From: a virus
Lineage: Duplodnaviria > Heunggongvirae > Uroviricota > Caudoviricetes
Strand: one strand, 5' to 3'
IMG/VR virus record: IMGVR_UViG_2617271087_000004
DNA length: 64,000 bases
A program made the translations under genes and the position numbers. The notes under the pieces are model-generated. The model saw only the letters and a list, made by a program, of their open reading frames with translations, made no database searches and was not told the DNA's origin. Positions 10,661 to 20,301 of the stretch are shown in pieces (position 1 is the first letter of the stretch; the number at the start of each line of letters is the position of its first letter).

Positions 10661-11016
10661 TTCTTTTCACATTCCTTAGTCCATTCTTCAATGTTCATTT
10701 TGGCAATATCAGTCATTCCATCACCTAAGAAATACTTTTTCCGGTATGTCTTGCACTTAACCCACACTACAACAGCCACCAGCCAGAAAATAAAAGGCCA
10801 TACAGCAATACCAACGACAGCCGCGATAAAGCCCAATAGCCATAAATGAAGCTCTCCAACTTCTGTTTGCGGCAATATTCTTAAAGAATTAAACAGCAGA
10901 CTGAAGGAATGGTCGTATGCATTGGCGGTATAAGACATGCAATCCATATAATTAAAGTCATAGCCTGAGGCTGCCGCCCATAATGGGCGGTCAAGAAAAT
11001 GTTTTAGTGTCATCAT
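10642..11016 (-). CDS. hypothetical membrane protein (one TM helix, basic C-terminus)
   Basis: 124-aa ORF with hydrophobic segment LWLLGFIAAVVGIAVWPFIFWLVAVVVWV. Confidence 0.5.
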   Translation of the reverse strand: MMTLKHFLDRPLWAAASGYDFNYMDCMSYTANAYDHSFSLLFNSLRILPQTEVGELHLWLLGFIAAVVGIAVWPFIFWLVAVVVWVKCKTYRKKYFLGDGMTDIAKMNIEEWTKECEKKWRKKK

Positions 11017-11022
11017 ATAAAT

Positions 11023-11316
11023 TTAAGGTTCAGACCAGTTATCTTCAATAGCAATGCTTAATCTTTGTAGCCATTCTGCTAATTTCAGCATTGCTTCTCT
11101 TTCGCTTAAACCACGAGGAAAATCATCAAGCGAAATTGTTGGCTTGAAGCCCCCGTAATTATCCATTTCAACAGTCAGATTTTGCTCCAGCACGGTATTC
11201 CTTACGCGGCTATTGTGCCGAAGCAAATATACTGAACGTGATTTATTGGTTTTATGGTCAAACTGATATTCGGTAAGTATCATCTGGCTTTTGCCATGAC
11301 TATTACCTCTCCACAT
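11023..11316 (-). CDS. hypothetical protein (start moved to internal Met with TGAGGT SD)
   Basis: Track ORF 11023..11412; internal ATG at ~11316 has a strong SD and follows the small peptide ORF. Confidence 0.4.
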   Translation of the reverse strand: MWRGNSHGKSQMILTEYQFDHKTNKSRSVYLLRHNSRVRNTVLEQNLTVEMDNYGGFKPTISLDDFPRGLSEREAMLKLAEWLQRLSIAIEDNWSEP

Positions 11317-11323
11317 ACTTACC

Positions 11324-11446
11324 TCACTTAATAAAACAACTCCATGCGTAGTTGATGATTTTTTCCCACGTAATATAAATCTGCACTCCGGCAGTAAAAC
11401 CAAAGCCAACAATTGCTGAAAAAATCAAAACATTTACTTTTGACAT
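11324..11446 (-). CDS. 40-aa hydrophobic small peptide (MSKVNVLIFSAIVGFGFTAGVQIYITWEKIINYAWSCFIK)
   Basis: Short ORF below the track size cut-off; single predicted TM segment. Confidence 0.35.
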   Translation of the reverse strand: MSKVNVLIFSAIVGFGFTAGVQIYITWEKIINYAWSCFIK

Positions 11447-11494
11447 TATAAATTTTCTCTCGGTGTCGTAGGTGATAGCACCATAATTGATAAT

Positions 11495-11746
11495 TTAGTG
11501 AGTTAGCAGTTCCATTTTTTGGATGATTTCCGCATGAGCATCATCGTTATCAACACTTAGCTCGTTTAATGCTTCTCGCACTACATCAACTTCTTCAGGC
11601 TGAAAGAAGTCGTCGCGGTAATCACCAAATAGAACCGAAACCAGCCTGCCACCAGCAACATCAAGATTGGCGCTAACAGGTGGCTCTTTGCCATCCTCAA
11701 ATTCGACTACAAAAGTTAATTTTCCCATCGTTACCACCAGCGACAA
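11495..11746 (-). CDS. hypothetical acidic small protein
   Basis: 83-aa ORF. Confidence 0.45.
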   Translation of the reverse strand: MSLVVTMGKLTFVVEFEDGKEPPVSANLDVAGGRLVSVLFGDYRDDFFQPEEVDVVREALNELSVDNDDAHAEIIQKMELLTH

Positions 11747-11810
11747 ATTGAATACAAACCCAGTGCTGCCGCCATCACAATTCCTACCGTTGCGAATGCT
11801 TCAGGCCAGC

Positions 11811-12440
11811 TCATTGATTCACCTCCTGCGGCGGTTCTGGTAGCGGCATCCAGTGTGACGGTTTCCACGACGCACCAGGAATTATCCACCCATCATTAGC
11901 GTCAGGATGCCCCGGGATGTAAGTAGCCCATTTCATTCGCCAGTCACCTTTCCTGTCAAACTCCACGGCAACAAGAACGGCTGTTTTGGTATTCGGCATT
12001 CGCTCACTACAGCTTATCCAACCATCCGGAGTTACCGGAACTTGCGGAATGGCTGTCTGCTCTCGAACGTCATTAGGCGCTATAGGTTCTGCTGCCAACT
12101 GACTGGCATATTTGTTAATGGTAACGATTAGCTCTTGCTCGACCTCATCCAGACAATCACCGATACCTCGCCTGTCACCGTCAAAATCATCGAAATCGGC
12201 ACGAATCTTGGCAACCTCCCGGATTGCGGACAACACCTCACTAGGAATTACCGGATAGTTGGTTGACGTTTCCGCGATTTCCCGAAAATTATTGGTTGAC
12301 GAATTCTTGTTTTCCCGAAAGTTTCCGGACTGAAGCATGGCGGCGCGGCAGGCGTTCCAGCCATCTGCGTAACAATCTCTGTGTGTCTTGAAATATGTCA
12401 CCGCCCTTGGTACATCGTTTACGTCTATTTCATCCGGCAC
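11811..12440 (-). CDS. hypothetical protein with DUF551-like C-terminal domain
   Basis: C-terminus WISCSERMP...VLVAVE...SHWMPLPEPP resembles the phage DUF551 family. Confidence 0.5.
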   Translation of the reverse strand: MPDEIDVNDVPRAVTYFKTHRDCYADGWNACRAAMLQSGNFRENKNSSTNNFREIAETSTNYPVIPSEVLSAIREVAKIRADFDDFDGDRRGIGDCLDEVEQELIVTINKYASQLAAEPIAPNDVREQTAIPQVPVTPDGWISCSERMPNTKTAVLVAVEFDRKGDWRMKWATYIPGHPDANDGWIIPGASWKPSHWMPLPEPPQEVNQ

Positions 12441-12505
12441 AACCGGCGCAGGTGAGTCAGCATAAACAGGAATAACGTCCGGTTGCTCTTTATTGCTTTC
12501 ATCCG

Positions 12506-12694
12506 TTAAAGCCCAGAATAATTTCCCGGCCGGATGTTTGAAAAATAAGCAACTGGCTCTGCTTCCAGCGATGCCAGTGCAATTCGTGCCAGTTCTTCCG
12601 CTTCTTCTGCTGGCAGTACAACGTTGCTATCAGGTCCGTATGTTTCGCGCCACTGCTTGATTGTCAGCAGTCGCTCTTTGGTAATAGTGATCAT
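12506..12694 (-). CDS. hypothetical small protein
   Basis: 62-aa ORF with ATGA-type overlap to the upstream gene. Confidence 0.35.
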   Translation of the reverse strand: MITITKERLLTIKQWRETYGPDSNVVLPAEEAEELARIALASLEAEPVAYFSNIRPGNYSGL

Positions 12695-13278
12695 GCCGCG
12701 TTTCCTTCTTTCTTATTAACAATTACACCGTCATATATTTCATTAAGGTGCCCTCTCAACTCCATGCGCCTTAATGCAGATAACATGTAATCGCATTCAA
12801 CCTGCTTATTTCCAGTAAATGGCTTATCGTCAGGATTACCCCAACAGCAATTACCCTTGGGCCACCCATGTACTTTCCGTACTCTTCCGTTAACAACGTG
12901 AAGTAATCCCCAGCCAGGTGGTAAATCCTCAATTGAAATAATTCCCGGCTCACTAATAAAGAATCGCCAGTCGCCCATGCCAAGTGAGGGATTTTTACGG
13001 AAACGCTTTTTTCTATCTGCCAACAAGTCAGCACGAGAACACTTCGCCTCTATCAGGCATGATGCTGAATTTCTGAACCCCATAGCATCTGGCTGTTCTC
13101 CGGTACTGGTTACAGCTATAAAGCGGTCATGAAAACAAACCTTGAACCCGTTGCGCTTAAGGAACTTGTACGCAATTTGACAGAGTTCGCGGTGTGTTAA
13201 CGCCATATCACTCTCCTTTAGTGCGCAAATGGTTTTTCCAGCGGTTTTGCGCCGCGCTGGGCTTTTTGCAAAAACCAC
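12691..13278 (-). CDS. hypothetical protein, possible PD-(D/E)xK-type nuclease (start may be the internal Met MALTHREL)
   Basis: D...EAK motif (PDAMGF...CLIEAKCS) suggestive of a restriction-endonuclease-like fold. Confidence 0.4.
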   Translation of the reverse strand: MVFAKSPARRKTAGKTICALKESDMALTHRELCQIAYKFLKRNGFKVCFHDRFIAVTSTGEQPDAMGFRNSASCLIEAKCSRADLLADRKKRFRKNPSLGMGDWRFFISEPGIISIEDLPPGWGLLHVVNGRVRKVHGWPKGNCCWGNPDDKPFTGNKQVECDYMLSALRRMELRGHLNEIYDGVIVNKKEGNAA

Positions 13279-13396
13279 AATCCATCATCCCGTAATATTT
13301 CATCAACCCCATCCGTCGGTTGCTGAGTCTCACCCACTGCCAGACGCCAGGAGCGTTTCTACGAACTAACAGAATCTTTGCTTTACGGTTTTTCAT
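13208..13396 (-). CDS. small basic protein (MKNRKAK... N-terminus)
   Basis: 62-aa Arg/Lys-rich ORF; start overlaps the stop of the upstream paralogous small ORF (ATGA). Confidence 0.35.
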   Translation of the reverse strand: MKNRKAKILLVRRNAPGVWQWVRLSNRRMGLMKYYGMMDCGFCKKPSAAQNRWKNHLRTKGE

Positions 13397-13569
13397 CTTA
13401 CTGCGTACCCTTTCTTCCGCCTGTTCTGTGACGCAGTAGGCTTACGCTTTGCGGCAAAAGCCACCTGACCAAATGGATGGAGTACCGCTATCTTATGGTT
13501 GCTAATAACCAGCTCCACCACACGCACAGGCCGCTGTAAAAAAAGTCGTTTTGCCTTACGGTTTTTCAT
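13393..13569 (-). CDS. small basic protein, 57 aa (MKNRKAK... N-terminus), translationally coupled to the next ORF
   Basis: ORF below track cut-off with AGGAG SD; shares start-region DNA repeat with ORF 13208..13396. Confidence 0.35.
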   Translation of the reverse strand: MKNRKAKRLFLQRPVRVVELVISNHKIAVLHPFGQVAFAAKRKPTASQNRRKKGYAVR

Positions 13570-13741
13570 CGCTTTGCTCTCCTGCGTCTCTTTGCTGCTC
13601 GTCGTGCCGCTGCAATACCGGTATGGCGGCGCTTTGGTGCCGGGATGATGTTGTCAGCCATCAGGACATGTGGCTTTGCAATTAGCGCAGAAGCCCAAAA
13701 ACGAGTCGGGTACGGTAACAAGCTGATACATACCACACGCA

Positions 13742-14560
13742 CTACTCACCTCCGTTGATACGGATGCCAGCGGCGCGGATTGCAGCGATGACCTCAGAAA
13801 CTTTGTATGCCATTACCGTTTGGTAATCATCGTGAAAATCTGTTCGATGAAGCATGCTGCTACGTTCCGGGAGCGATATTTCCCGAGCATCCAGTTCCTT
13901 AACGCGTTCCTCCAGTTCGTAGACCCTGCATTGTTCTCTATCATCAATCAGATATAACCCAAGACATTCGCTTTCTACCCAACCGCCAAAATCATGATCG
14001 TAACGCTCACATGAAAACTCACCGTCACCGTCCTTTGTTGGAATGGTGTAACTATCTAATGGGCCACCATATGTCGGCACATTTCCCAATGTTGGATGCT
14101 CAATCCACATGAAAAATGCACGTCCGGTTATTGGGCAAATATCTGGCCGCCATTGGTTACGAACAGCCTTGGTTTCGGATAATTCTTCAGCGTGTTGTTT
14201 TACTTCCTCAAGCTCAACTCTCAGCTTCCCTACCGTTAGCGCAATCTCCTCGTTCTCCTGGTCGCGGCGTTTGATGTATTGCTGGTTTCTTTCCAGCTCA
14301 TCCAGCAGCGCCAAGACGGTAGCGGGATTGGCTGCGGCGATGAATTCAGCATTGGCCTGCTGTTCCATTTGGAAATCTTCATCGAAACCGCTTTCTGGAT
14401 GCGCTCCTTCAATTCTGCAAATAGGAATATATCCAGCAACTTCACGATGAATTAGCGCATCATCACCATCAAATCGGCTCTCTCCATATTCGAGCGACCA
14501 CTCACCACACGTTGCTTTTTCTGCCTTAGCACGCAGTGCCTGATAGTCAATCTTGCTCAC
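13742..14560 (-). CDS. Ea22-like protein
   Basis: N-terminal IDYQALR...NPATVLALLDELE motif typical of lambdoid Ea22-family proteins. Confidence 0.55.
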   Translation of the reverse strand: MSKIDYQALRAKAEKATCGEWSLEYGESRFDGDDALIHREVAGYIPICRIEGAHPESGFDEDFQMEQQANAEFIAAANPATVLALLDELERNQQYIKRRDQENEEIALTVGKLRVELEEVKQHAEELSETKAVRNQWRPDICPITGRAFFMWIEHPTLGNVPTYGGPLDSYTIPTKDGDGEFSCERYDHDFGGWVESECLGLYLIDDREQCRVYELEERVKELDAREISLPERSSMLHRTDFHDDYQTVMAYKVSEVIAAIRAAGIRINGGE

Positions 14561-15114
14561 TGGTTGCCTCCTTTGCGAAGCTGGGCAGCAAAGTCAACTA
14601 ACCACTCAGTCATTTCAACCTTCCCTACCAGGTCTGAACCAGGGTGCATACAGCAATCACTCTGCGCCGCTTTGAAATCCTTATACTCATATTCTTGGGC
14701 CACCAGATTTTTTGCAGCTTCTATAGCAGCATCCACCCCCTGCGCCCGCACTTCAGACAGGAAAGCATCGGTAGCTGGAGTTTCGCTGTGGTGTAGGGCA
14801 TCGTTGATAATCATTGCAGCAACACCAGCCTGCCCTGCATCCGTGACCGACACATGCTCAAGAGTTACGGCCATTGCGTGTTTCAGTCCGGCGTTCTCTG
14901 CCACCAGCGCCGCGAGATTAGTCTCAAGCTCTGCAATACGGCACATAGCATCAATATTTGTGTCTTCCAGCCGCTTAATTTCATCCAGTAGTGCCAGTGC
15001 CACCGATGGCGTGAACGCCATACGAAACGCCACAAAATTTTGATGCATAGGTTCTGTTTCTACTGCAACTGCCGCATCTCGCAGTGCCTGATAGTCAATT
15101 GTCATTCTCGCCAT
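14557..15114 (-). CDS. Ea22-like protein, paralogue of the downstream gene
   Basis: Shares IDYQALR...ALALLDE N-terminal motif with ORF 13742..14560. Confidence 0.55.
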   Translation of the reverse strand: MARMTIDYQALRDAAVAVETEPMHQNFVAFRMAFTPSVALALLDEIKRLEDTNIDAMCRIAELETNLAALVAENAGLKHAMAVTLEHVSVTDAGQAGVAAMIINDALHHSETPATDAFLSEVRAQGVDAAIEAAKNLVAQEYEYKDFKAAQSDCCMHPGSDLVGKVEMTEWLVDFAAQLRKGGNQ

Positions 15115-15746
15115 CCTTCACAGTTGTAATCACTACAGCCTTCAAAATCATATGGGCTGTACTGCCAGGTTATTTTTCCGCAATGCGGACAATTCCAACG
15201 CACCTTCCCGCTTCGCGACTTCTTTCTTCTGTTCTGCTCTTTCAACCAGTCAGGCATGACCAAACCTGCGCCCTGAACCATTGTTCTGCGGCTAAAGTTA
15301 TTGATATTGAACGTCCGACGCTTTGCTGCATCAGCAATGGAAAATGGCAACCAAACTATTCCTGGTTCGTTTTTGTTGGCGACGCTAAAGATGGTCGCTT
15401 TACTGAAGTCATCTGTTGGCAATCCACCGTGTTGAAGCCAGTAAACATCGTTGCCGTTCCAGCTACCTTTTTTGTAGGCCACATACGCAGTGCAATCTGA
15501 CTCAATCAGGCTTTCTGTGGGGATGTACTGGCAATCAACGTGCCACACAGCCATTGCATCCACGCTATCAGCGCAAACAGGCTGATCGATATCTCGCCCA
15601 CAATTCCAGGCTTTTTGGGCTTCTTCCAGCGTGTAAACATGAGCGCGATCGATATCAGAACTGTAACCATTGCCGTTATGGCAATGGAATGAGGCGTTAT
15701 TACCCACAGTTTCACGCAAGCACATCATGTAAAAGCGGTTATTCAC
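15102..15746 (-). CDS. hypothetical protein with C-terminal CPHCG...C...C zinc-ribbon-like motif
   Basis: 214-aa ORF. Confidence 0.5.
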   Translation of the reverse strand: MNNRFYMMCLRETVGNNASFHCHNGNGYSSDIDRAHVYTLEEAQKAWNCGRDIDQPVCADSVDAMAVWHVDCQYIPTESLIESDCTAYVAYKKGSWNGNDVYWLQHGGLPTDDFSKATIFSVANKNEPGIVWLPFSIADAAKRRTFNINNFSRRTMVQGAGLVMPDWLKEQNRRKKSRSGKVRWNCPHCGKITWQYSPYDFEGCSDYNCEGWRE

Positions 15747-16023
15747 TGGTTGCCTCCGCTTCCCACGTTTTCAGACTTTCACCACAGAACGGGCAAAATG
15801 AAACTCGAATAGGCGATTTAGAAAATTCACCAGACCGCAGCATGATCAGGTCTTGTGAATGAATTAATTCATGGTTATAGATTTTGTATTTCAGCAGACC
15901 TTTTCGCGTCGTGTATTCAGCGTCATGCTCCAGGGATTGTGCCAACGCCGCGCACGGCTCTATCTTGTTGCCATTAATTTGGCATTTTGACTCACTCACT
16001 GGTTGCCCCCTGAATACGCTCAA
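15739..16023 (-). CDS. hypothetical protein with CPFCG motif
   Basis: 94-aa ORF overlapping its neighbours by a few nt. Confidence 0.4.
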   Translation of the reverse strand: MSVFRGQPVSESKCQINGNKIEPCAALAQSLEHDAEYTTRKGLLKYKIYNHELIHSQDLIMLRSGEFSKSPIRVSFCPFCGESLKTWEAEATSE

Positions 16024-16573
16024 ACTCTATTACCCACACCCAAGGATTAGCGTTCCAACTATCTTCGCCATAAATTGATTTCCATAGGCTACGGAAACCT
16101 GGGTAATGCTTATCGCCAATGAGGGTCGATTCTGTTGGTGCGCCCTCAGCCCTTGCATCACATTCGCTGATATCGTTCAACCGCTCAACGCGCACGTTGG
16201 TAATTTCCAGAAGAATGCGCGATGCCCAGCGCGGCATGTGAATTGATGGCGTCCACTTTTCTGATACTGGTTTATTACAAACCTCGACCGGAACCCGGTG
16301 CGTTTGTTCTGTCCAGGAGTTACGCACGCTTGCGCGATAAACCAGCGTTGCGACGTCCGTCGCTTTGCCATGTACCCGGTAGGTTTCGCGAACCCAAATA
16401 CGATCGCCCGGTTGACCATATGGACAATGCTTAGCAAGCAACTCTGCGGCCACTGCCCGTCCATAGAATTTTTCTTCAACAATCCTGCGAGTCTGTGTTT
16501 TATTCCCGCCAAGAATTACCCGGACCATCTCATCGTTGAAAATCATGCCGCGCTCTTTCACTTCGCCTTTCAT
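15992..16573 (-). CDS. hypothetical phage protein, possibly ASCH-like
   Basis: 193-aa ORF; family assignment from motif memory only. Confidence 0.45.
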   Translation of the reverse strand: MKGEVKERGMIFNDEMVRVILGGNKTQTRRIVEEKFYGRAVAAELLAKHCPYGQPGDRIWVRETYRVHGKATDVATLVYRASVRNSWTEQTHRVPVEVCNKPVSEKWTPSIHMPRWASRILLEITNVRVERLNDISECDARAEGAPTESTLIGDKHYPGFRSLWKSIYGEDSWNANPWVWVIEFERIQGATSE

Positions 16574-16582
16574 GCATCCCCC

Positions 16583-16669
16583 TTACCCATGTGCGACGAT
16601 GCCGCCAAAAGTGATAGAGAACAGCCAGAAATAGATCGCGGCCATAATGATTTTGAATGCCGTGTTCAT
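16583..16669 (-). CDS. 28-aa hydrophobic peptide (MNTAFKIIMAAIYFWLFSITFGGIVAHG), first ORF of a C1-operator-controlled operon
   Basis: AGGAG SD 8 nt upstream of ATG; ORF below the track size cut-off. Confidence 0.4.
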   Translation of the reverse strand: MNTAFKIIMAAIYFWLFSITFGGIVAHG

Positions 16670-16751
16670 ATTTTCAGCTCCTGTGATTGATTGGATACAT
16701 GCCGCGCCTTGCGGCATGTTTTTATTTTCACTTTCTCCGTTTTAAAAATCA

Positions 16752-16768
16752 AGATTTATTAGAGCAAT
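16752..16768 (-). promoter_or_regulatory. C1 operator
   Basis: agatttattagagcaat, 16/17 to consensus; upstream of the minus-strand operon starting at ~16669. Confidence 0.6.
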
Positions 16769-17274
16769 CATTGTTGATGAAGAAGCGCATTTTCATACTC
16801 CCTGACCATTAACGTAAGCACGCCGTGCCTCCTGAAAACACGCGCCACTTCAATCTTATCTTCCAGCGCGAACGCGATTTTACTTAGACCAATTTTCTTA
16901 AGGAGATCAATCTTTGCTGGGCCGTCATTTCTGTCATCGGTGGCAGGACGCATAGATAGCAAAGGCTCAGCCCCGTTTGTTACGTACTTCCGCAGCCAGG
17001 CTCGTGTTTTATCCCTTGCGATCTCACAGCGCCCGGTTACAAACCAGACCGTGTAAACGTTAAATAACTGGCGCACCATATCAATAACTGAAGTGATGGG
17101 AGTATCGGTGTCACAGGCGAGATTAAACTCGTTCCAGTCCTTTGTTAATGCACCTTTACCTGGTGGCGGAAGCAAATGCAGTCTGTCTTCAGTTGCCTCT
17201 GATATTGTTCCATCAATATCAACTATGACGATATACGGACGTTCCTGGTGTGCGTGTTTATTGAAAATACTCAA
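16768..17274 (-). CDS. HAD-superfamily phosphatase-like protein (candidate P1 Pap)
   Basis: DIDGT motif near the N-terminus. Confidence 0.55.
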   Translation of the reverse strand: MSIFNKHAHQERPYIVIVDIDGTISEATEDRLHLLPPPGKGALTKDWNEFNLACDTDTPITSVIDMVRQLFNVYTVWFVTGRCEIARDKTRAWLRKYVTNGAEPLLSMRPATDDRNDGPAKIDLLKKIGLSKIAFALEDKIEVARVFRRHGVLTLMVREYENALLHQQ

Positions 17275-17346
17275 ATGCCCTCCTCATTGGACGAAAAAAA
17301 TGCTGGTGGGCGCACTCCACCAGCATTAAAAGTGACACTGTAACTG

Positions 17347-18609
17347 TCAGCGAACGTAAATAGTGCCGCCGTTCTCTTTTTCCCATGCATCGCTACGTGC
17401 ATAGCAAACATCGAGAAGTCTTCTTGCCGCTGTTTCCTCTAAACCCAATTCGACAACCAACTGCTCATGACGGCGGGTAACCACATCAAACAGGGTATGC
17501 AGCCCTTTAGCTGCCAGATCATCAATAAATTCCGGTTCGAACGGCAGCTCTGCATCTGCCAACATAACCTCTTGCGCCCACTCGACACGGCGGACCAGTT
17601 CCGGGCGGCGGCTTTCCATCTCTTTACAGATCAATTCATGGAAGAACTCTACCCAACCTTCCGGCTGGAACTCGCGGAAAATGGCCAGCGGCTGGAAGTT
17701 TGGCATCAACCATTCGTTGATTCGGATATCAATGGCATAGCCCATGTCGCAGCAGAACTGATAAGCAAAGTCCAGCTTAGAAACGATATAAGGACGCTCG
17801 TTATTGAACTCTTTAGGCGATGAGATCCCATAAGCCAGGAGGCGCGGGAAGAAGGAGATTTGCCCTAACGTCGGATGAAGTTTGCTTGCAGGGAAACGGC
17901 GCTCAGTAATGCCATACATTTCCTTCTTGAGCGTCGCAAATTTGGCATTCTCATTAACCAGCGCGGTAACCTCTGCTTTTTTATTAGCAAATGCCACGCG
18001 CGCCTCGCTTGCATCTTTAATAGTTTTTTTGAGCTGTTGGTTAAGGTCGGCGACCTGCTTACGCAGTTCCTGTCGCTCGCTTTTAGCTTTGTTATAGCGT
18101 TTCTCAAGGTTAAAAGGATCAAGTTTCATGATCTCTTTATATTGAGATTTTAGCGTTGAAATCTGTGAGTTCCGCAGTTCAACCATCGCGGTCATTTCAT
18201 TGAGTTTTGTTTCCAGCTCAATGCTTATACGTTCGGCATTATCAGCACGCTGGTTGGCGTCATGCGTCGCATCGTCGATCGCGTCCTGTTGCTGGCGTTT
18301 CAAATGTTCAATTTGTAGCTGAAGCTCTTCAATTTCTTTACCCTTCAGACCGAGATCCAACTGCATATTTTCAGCTGCATCTACCAGGGAGTTATGGCTA
18401 TCAGCTTCTGCGTTATAAACATCAATAAGCTGTGCGTGAAGCATCTCCGCTGACTGAACCGCATTATCAAAAAAACGCGCTGTGAGGTCATCACAACTAA
18501 CGCGGCGTTGCGCGGCCCGGATGTTCTGGATAATGGCCGGGATACCGGCATTCAGGACGTCAGGGATAGATACATTTTCGATTGATTGGTTTTGTGCTGA
18601 AGTGATCAT
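17347..18609 (-). CDS. hypothetical protein with long N-terminal coiled coil and globular C-terminal domain
   Basis: 420-aa ORF; heptad-rich Q/E/K/L N-terminal half. Confidence 0.6.
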   Translation of the reverse strand: MITSAQNQSIENVSIPDVLNAGIPAIIQNIRAAQRRVSCDDLTARFFDNAVQSAEMLHAQLIDVYNAEADSHNSLVDAAENMQLDLGLKGKEIEELQLQIEHLKRQQQDAIDDATHDANQRADNAERISIELETKLNEMTAMVELRNSQISTLKSQYKEIMKLDPFNLEKRYNKAKSERQELRKQVADLNQQLKKTIKDASEARVAFANKKAEVTALVNENAKFATLKKEMYGITERRFPASKLHPTLGQISFFPRLLAYGISSPKEFNNERPYIVSKLDFAYQFCCDMGYAIDIRINEWLMPNFQPLAIFREFQPEGWVEFFHELICKEMESRRPELVRRVEWAQEVMLADAELPFEPEFIDDLAAKGLHTLFDVVTRRHEQLVVELGLEETAARRLLDVCYARSDAWEKENGGTIYVR

Positions 18610-18610
18610 T

Positions 18611-18829
18611 TCAAAGTTCCGTATTAGCTTGTGCTTCGGTCATTTTTCCTAAGTATGAAGGAGGAAGGACTACGCAATTTGTATCCAGTCCCTCACCTAT
18701 GGCAGCCTGTAAAATTCTGGCTAAGGTGAGTCTCTTGTTGCGATACCTGGTGATGACATGCCTGATACCGCCGGTCGGCGTAACAAAGGCGATCAGCCAG
18801 TAGTGATATTTCCGTCGGAATGGCCACAT
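18611..18829 (-). CDS. hypothetical small protein
   Basis: 72-aa ORF just downstream of the paired C1 operators. Confidence 0.4.
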   Translation of the reverse strand: MWPFRRKYHYWLIAFVTPTGGIRHVITRYRNKRLTLARILQAAIGEGLDTNCVVLPPSYLGKMTEAQANTEL

Positions 18830-18843
18830 AGTGCACCTTGTAG

Positions 18844-18909
18844 ATTGCTCTAATAAAAAACGTGATGAGTGTACATCACGTTTTAAAAATATGGAATTAT
18901 TAGAGCAAT
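18844..18909. promoter_or_regulatory. pair of inverted C1 operator sites flanking a ~30-bp spacer
   Basis: attgctctaataaaaaa (18844-18860) and ggaattattagagcaat (18893-18909). Confidence 0.6.
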
Positions 18910-18910
18910 A

Positions 18911-19612
18911 TTATTCTGATTCTCGCTCAAAAAATGAGCTGATAAGGGGAAGCCAATCCTCTGACACTTCGCGAGGTCGCGGTTTGCCGTGGAAAAAGAT
19001 TATTCGGCAGTCTTTTGGTAATGCCCCATTCCCCCTGGAGTAACGCGCGCTCGCATATTTTGAACCAGGTTCCACAACATCGGCCTTGTAACTTACAAAC
19101 CATCCTGGATACAGATCCTGAAATGCTGGTGTATCATCGCCCATAACCTTTCGTAAGAACCCCTGGTCACCCCAGCACTCAGTAGTGACACAACGAGAAA
19201 TCCAACCTTCCGGATCTTGCCAGAATGAACTCCAGATATGCGCTTTAACACTATTTGGTATCCACAGGGCACCGCTGCCACGATATTGTGGATGGTAAAA
19301 ATCCCTAAGCATGGTGAAGCTGGTTGGTGGATGCTCTAGGATTGGGCGTATATCACCGGCAATAACCGTGTCCAAATCCAGATAGAACAGATCATCGGTT
19401 ATATCCGGTCGGAACAACTCGATTTTCGCCCACCAGCCACGGCACTTTTGCCACTGGTTGATCAATGGGACAACTTTGACGCCAGGTACATGTAAACACT
19501 TCAGGTCTGTCAGGCAAATAATTTCATAGTCTTTTGGCAGTTGATTAACCAGCCACTGCACATCGGAAGCGTTATAGTCACCACCAGAGCGAAGAACTAA
19601 AGCAATCTTCAT
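18911..19612 (-). CDS. putative DXD-motif glycosyltransferase-like protein
   Basis: 233-aa ORF with [12 protein letters not shown] (DxD) motif. Confidence 0.45.
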   Translation of the reverse strand: MKIALVLRSGGDYNASDVQWLVNQLPKDYEIICLTDLKCLHVPGVKVVPLINQWQKCRGWWAKIELFRPDITDDLFYLDLDTVIAGDIRPILEHPPTSFTMLRDFYHPQYRGSGALWIPNSVKAHIWSSFWQDPEGWISRCVTTECWGDQGFLRKVMGDDTPAFQDLYPGWFVSYKADVVEPGSKYASARYSRGNGALPKDCRIIFFHGKPRPREVSEDWLPLISSFFERESE

Positions 19613-20301
19613 GCTGCACCATCACCTTTCACTTTCATCAATGTCAGGTTTCCGCAAAATACGGCACCAGTGTCGATATACTGCTGATTCCAGAATGTCT
19701 TCGGGCTTTTCACCGGAGTGTGACCAAAGATAAAACGATCTGCGCCCGAAATTTCGCCACCAATATCATCCATCGAATCACTGATACGCTCGCGCGCCCA
19801 GACAACGTTGAAAAGCGGCACCTCCTTACCGAATTGGTATTCATTATCCGGATAGTCGGCATGGGCTATAACGATAGTTTCTTGCCCGGTGTTCAACTCA
19901 ATGATATAGGGCAGACGCTTTACCAGCTCCACCAGCGCCCTGGCTAATATTTCCTGATCAGTGTCCAGCATGAAGAACCATTGTCCGCCATTCATTAGCC
20001 AGTTATTCACGTTGCCATCAGGACTTAACGCATCGAGCATCAACCGCTCATGGTTCCCCATCACTGCCCTGAACCAGGGCATCTGCAATAGTTCCAGACA
20101 TTCGACATTTTCAGTACCGCGATCGATAAGGTCGCCGACCGATATCAGTAAATCCTGCGCCGGGTCAAAATCCACACGATGGAGTTCGGACATCAGTCTG
20201 GTGTAGCAACCATGCAGATCACCAACAACCCAGACATTCCTGTATTTGGTACCGTCGATACGGTGATAAATTGTGGGTGCCATCATGTATTCTTCAGCCA
20301 T
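19609..20301 (-). CDS. ppp: Ser/Thr protein phosphatase (calcineurin-like metallophosphatase)
   Basis: GDLHGCY...GDLIDRG...GNHE metallophosphatase motifs. Confidence 0.85.
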   Translation of the reverse strand: MAEEYMMAPTIYHRIDGTKYRNVWVVGDLHGCYTRLMSELHRVDFDPAQDLLISVGDLIDRGTENVECLELLQMPWFRAVMGNHERLMLDALSPDGNVNNWLMNGGQWFFMLDTDQEILARALVELVKRLPYIIELNTGQETIVIAHADYPDNEYQFGKEVPLFNVVWARERISDSMDDIGGEISGADRFIFGHTPVKSPKTFWNQQYIDTGAVFCGNLTLMKVKGDGAA

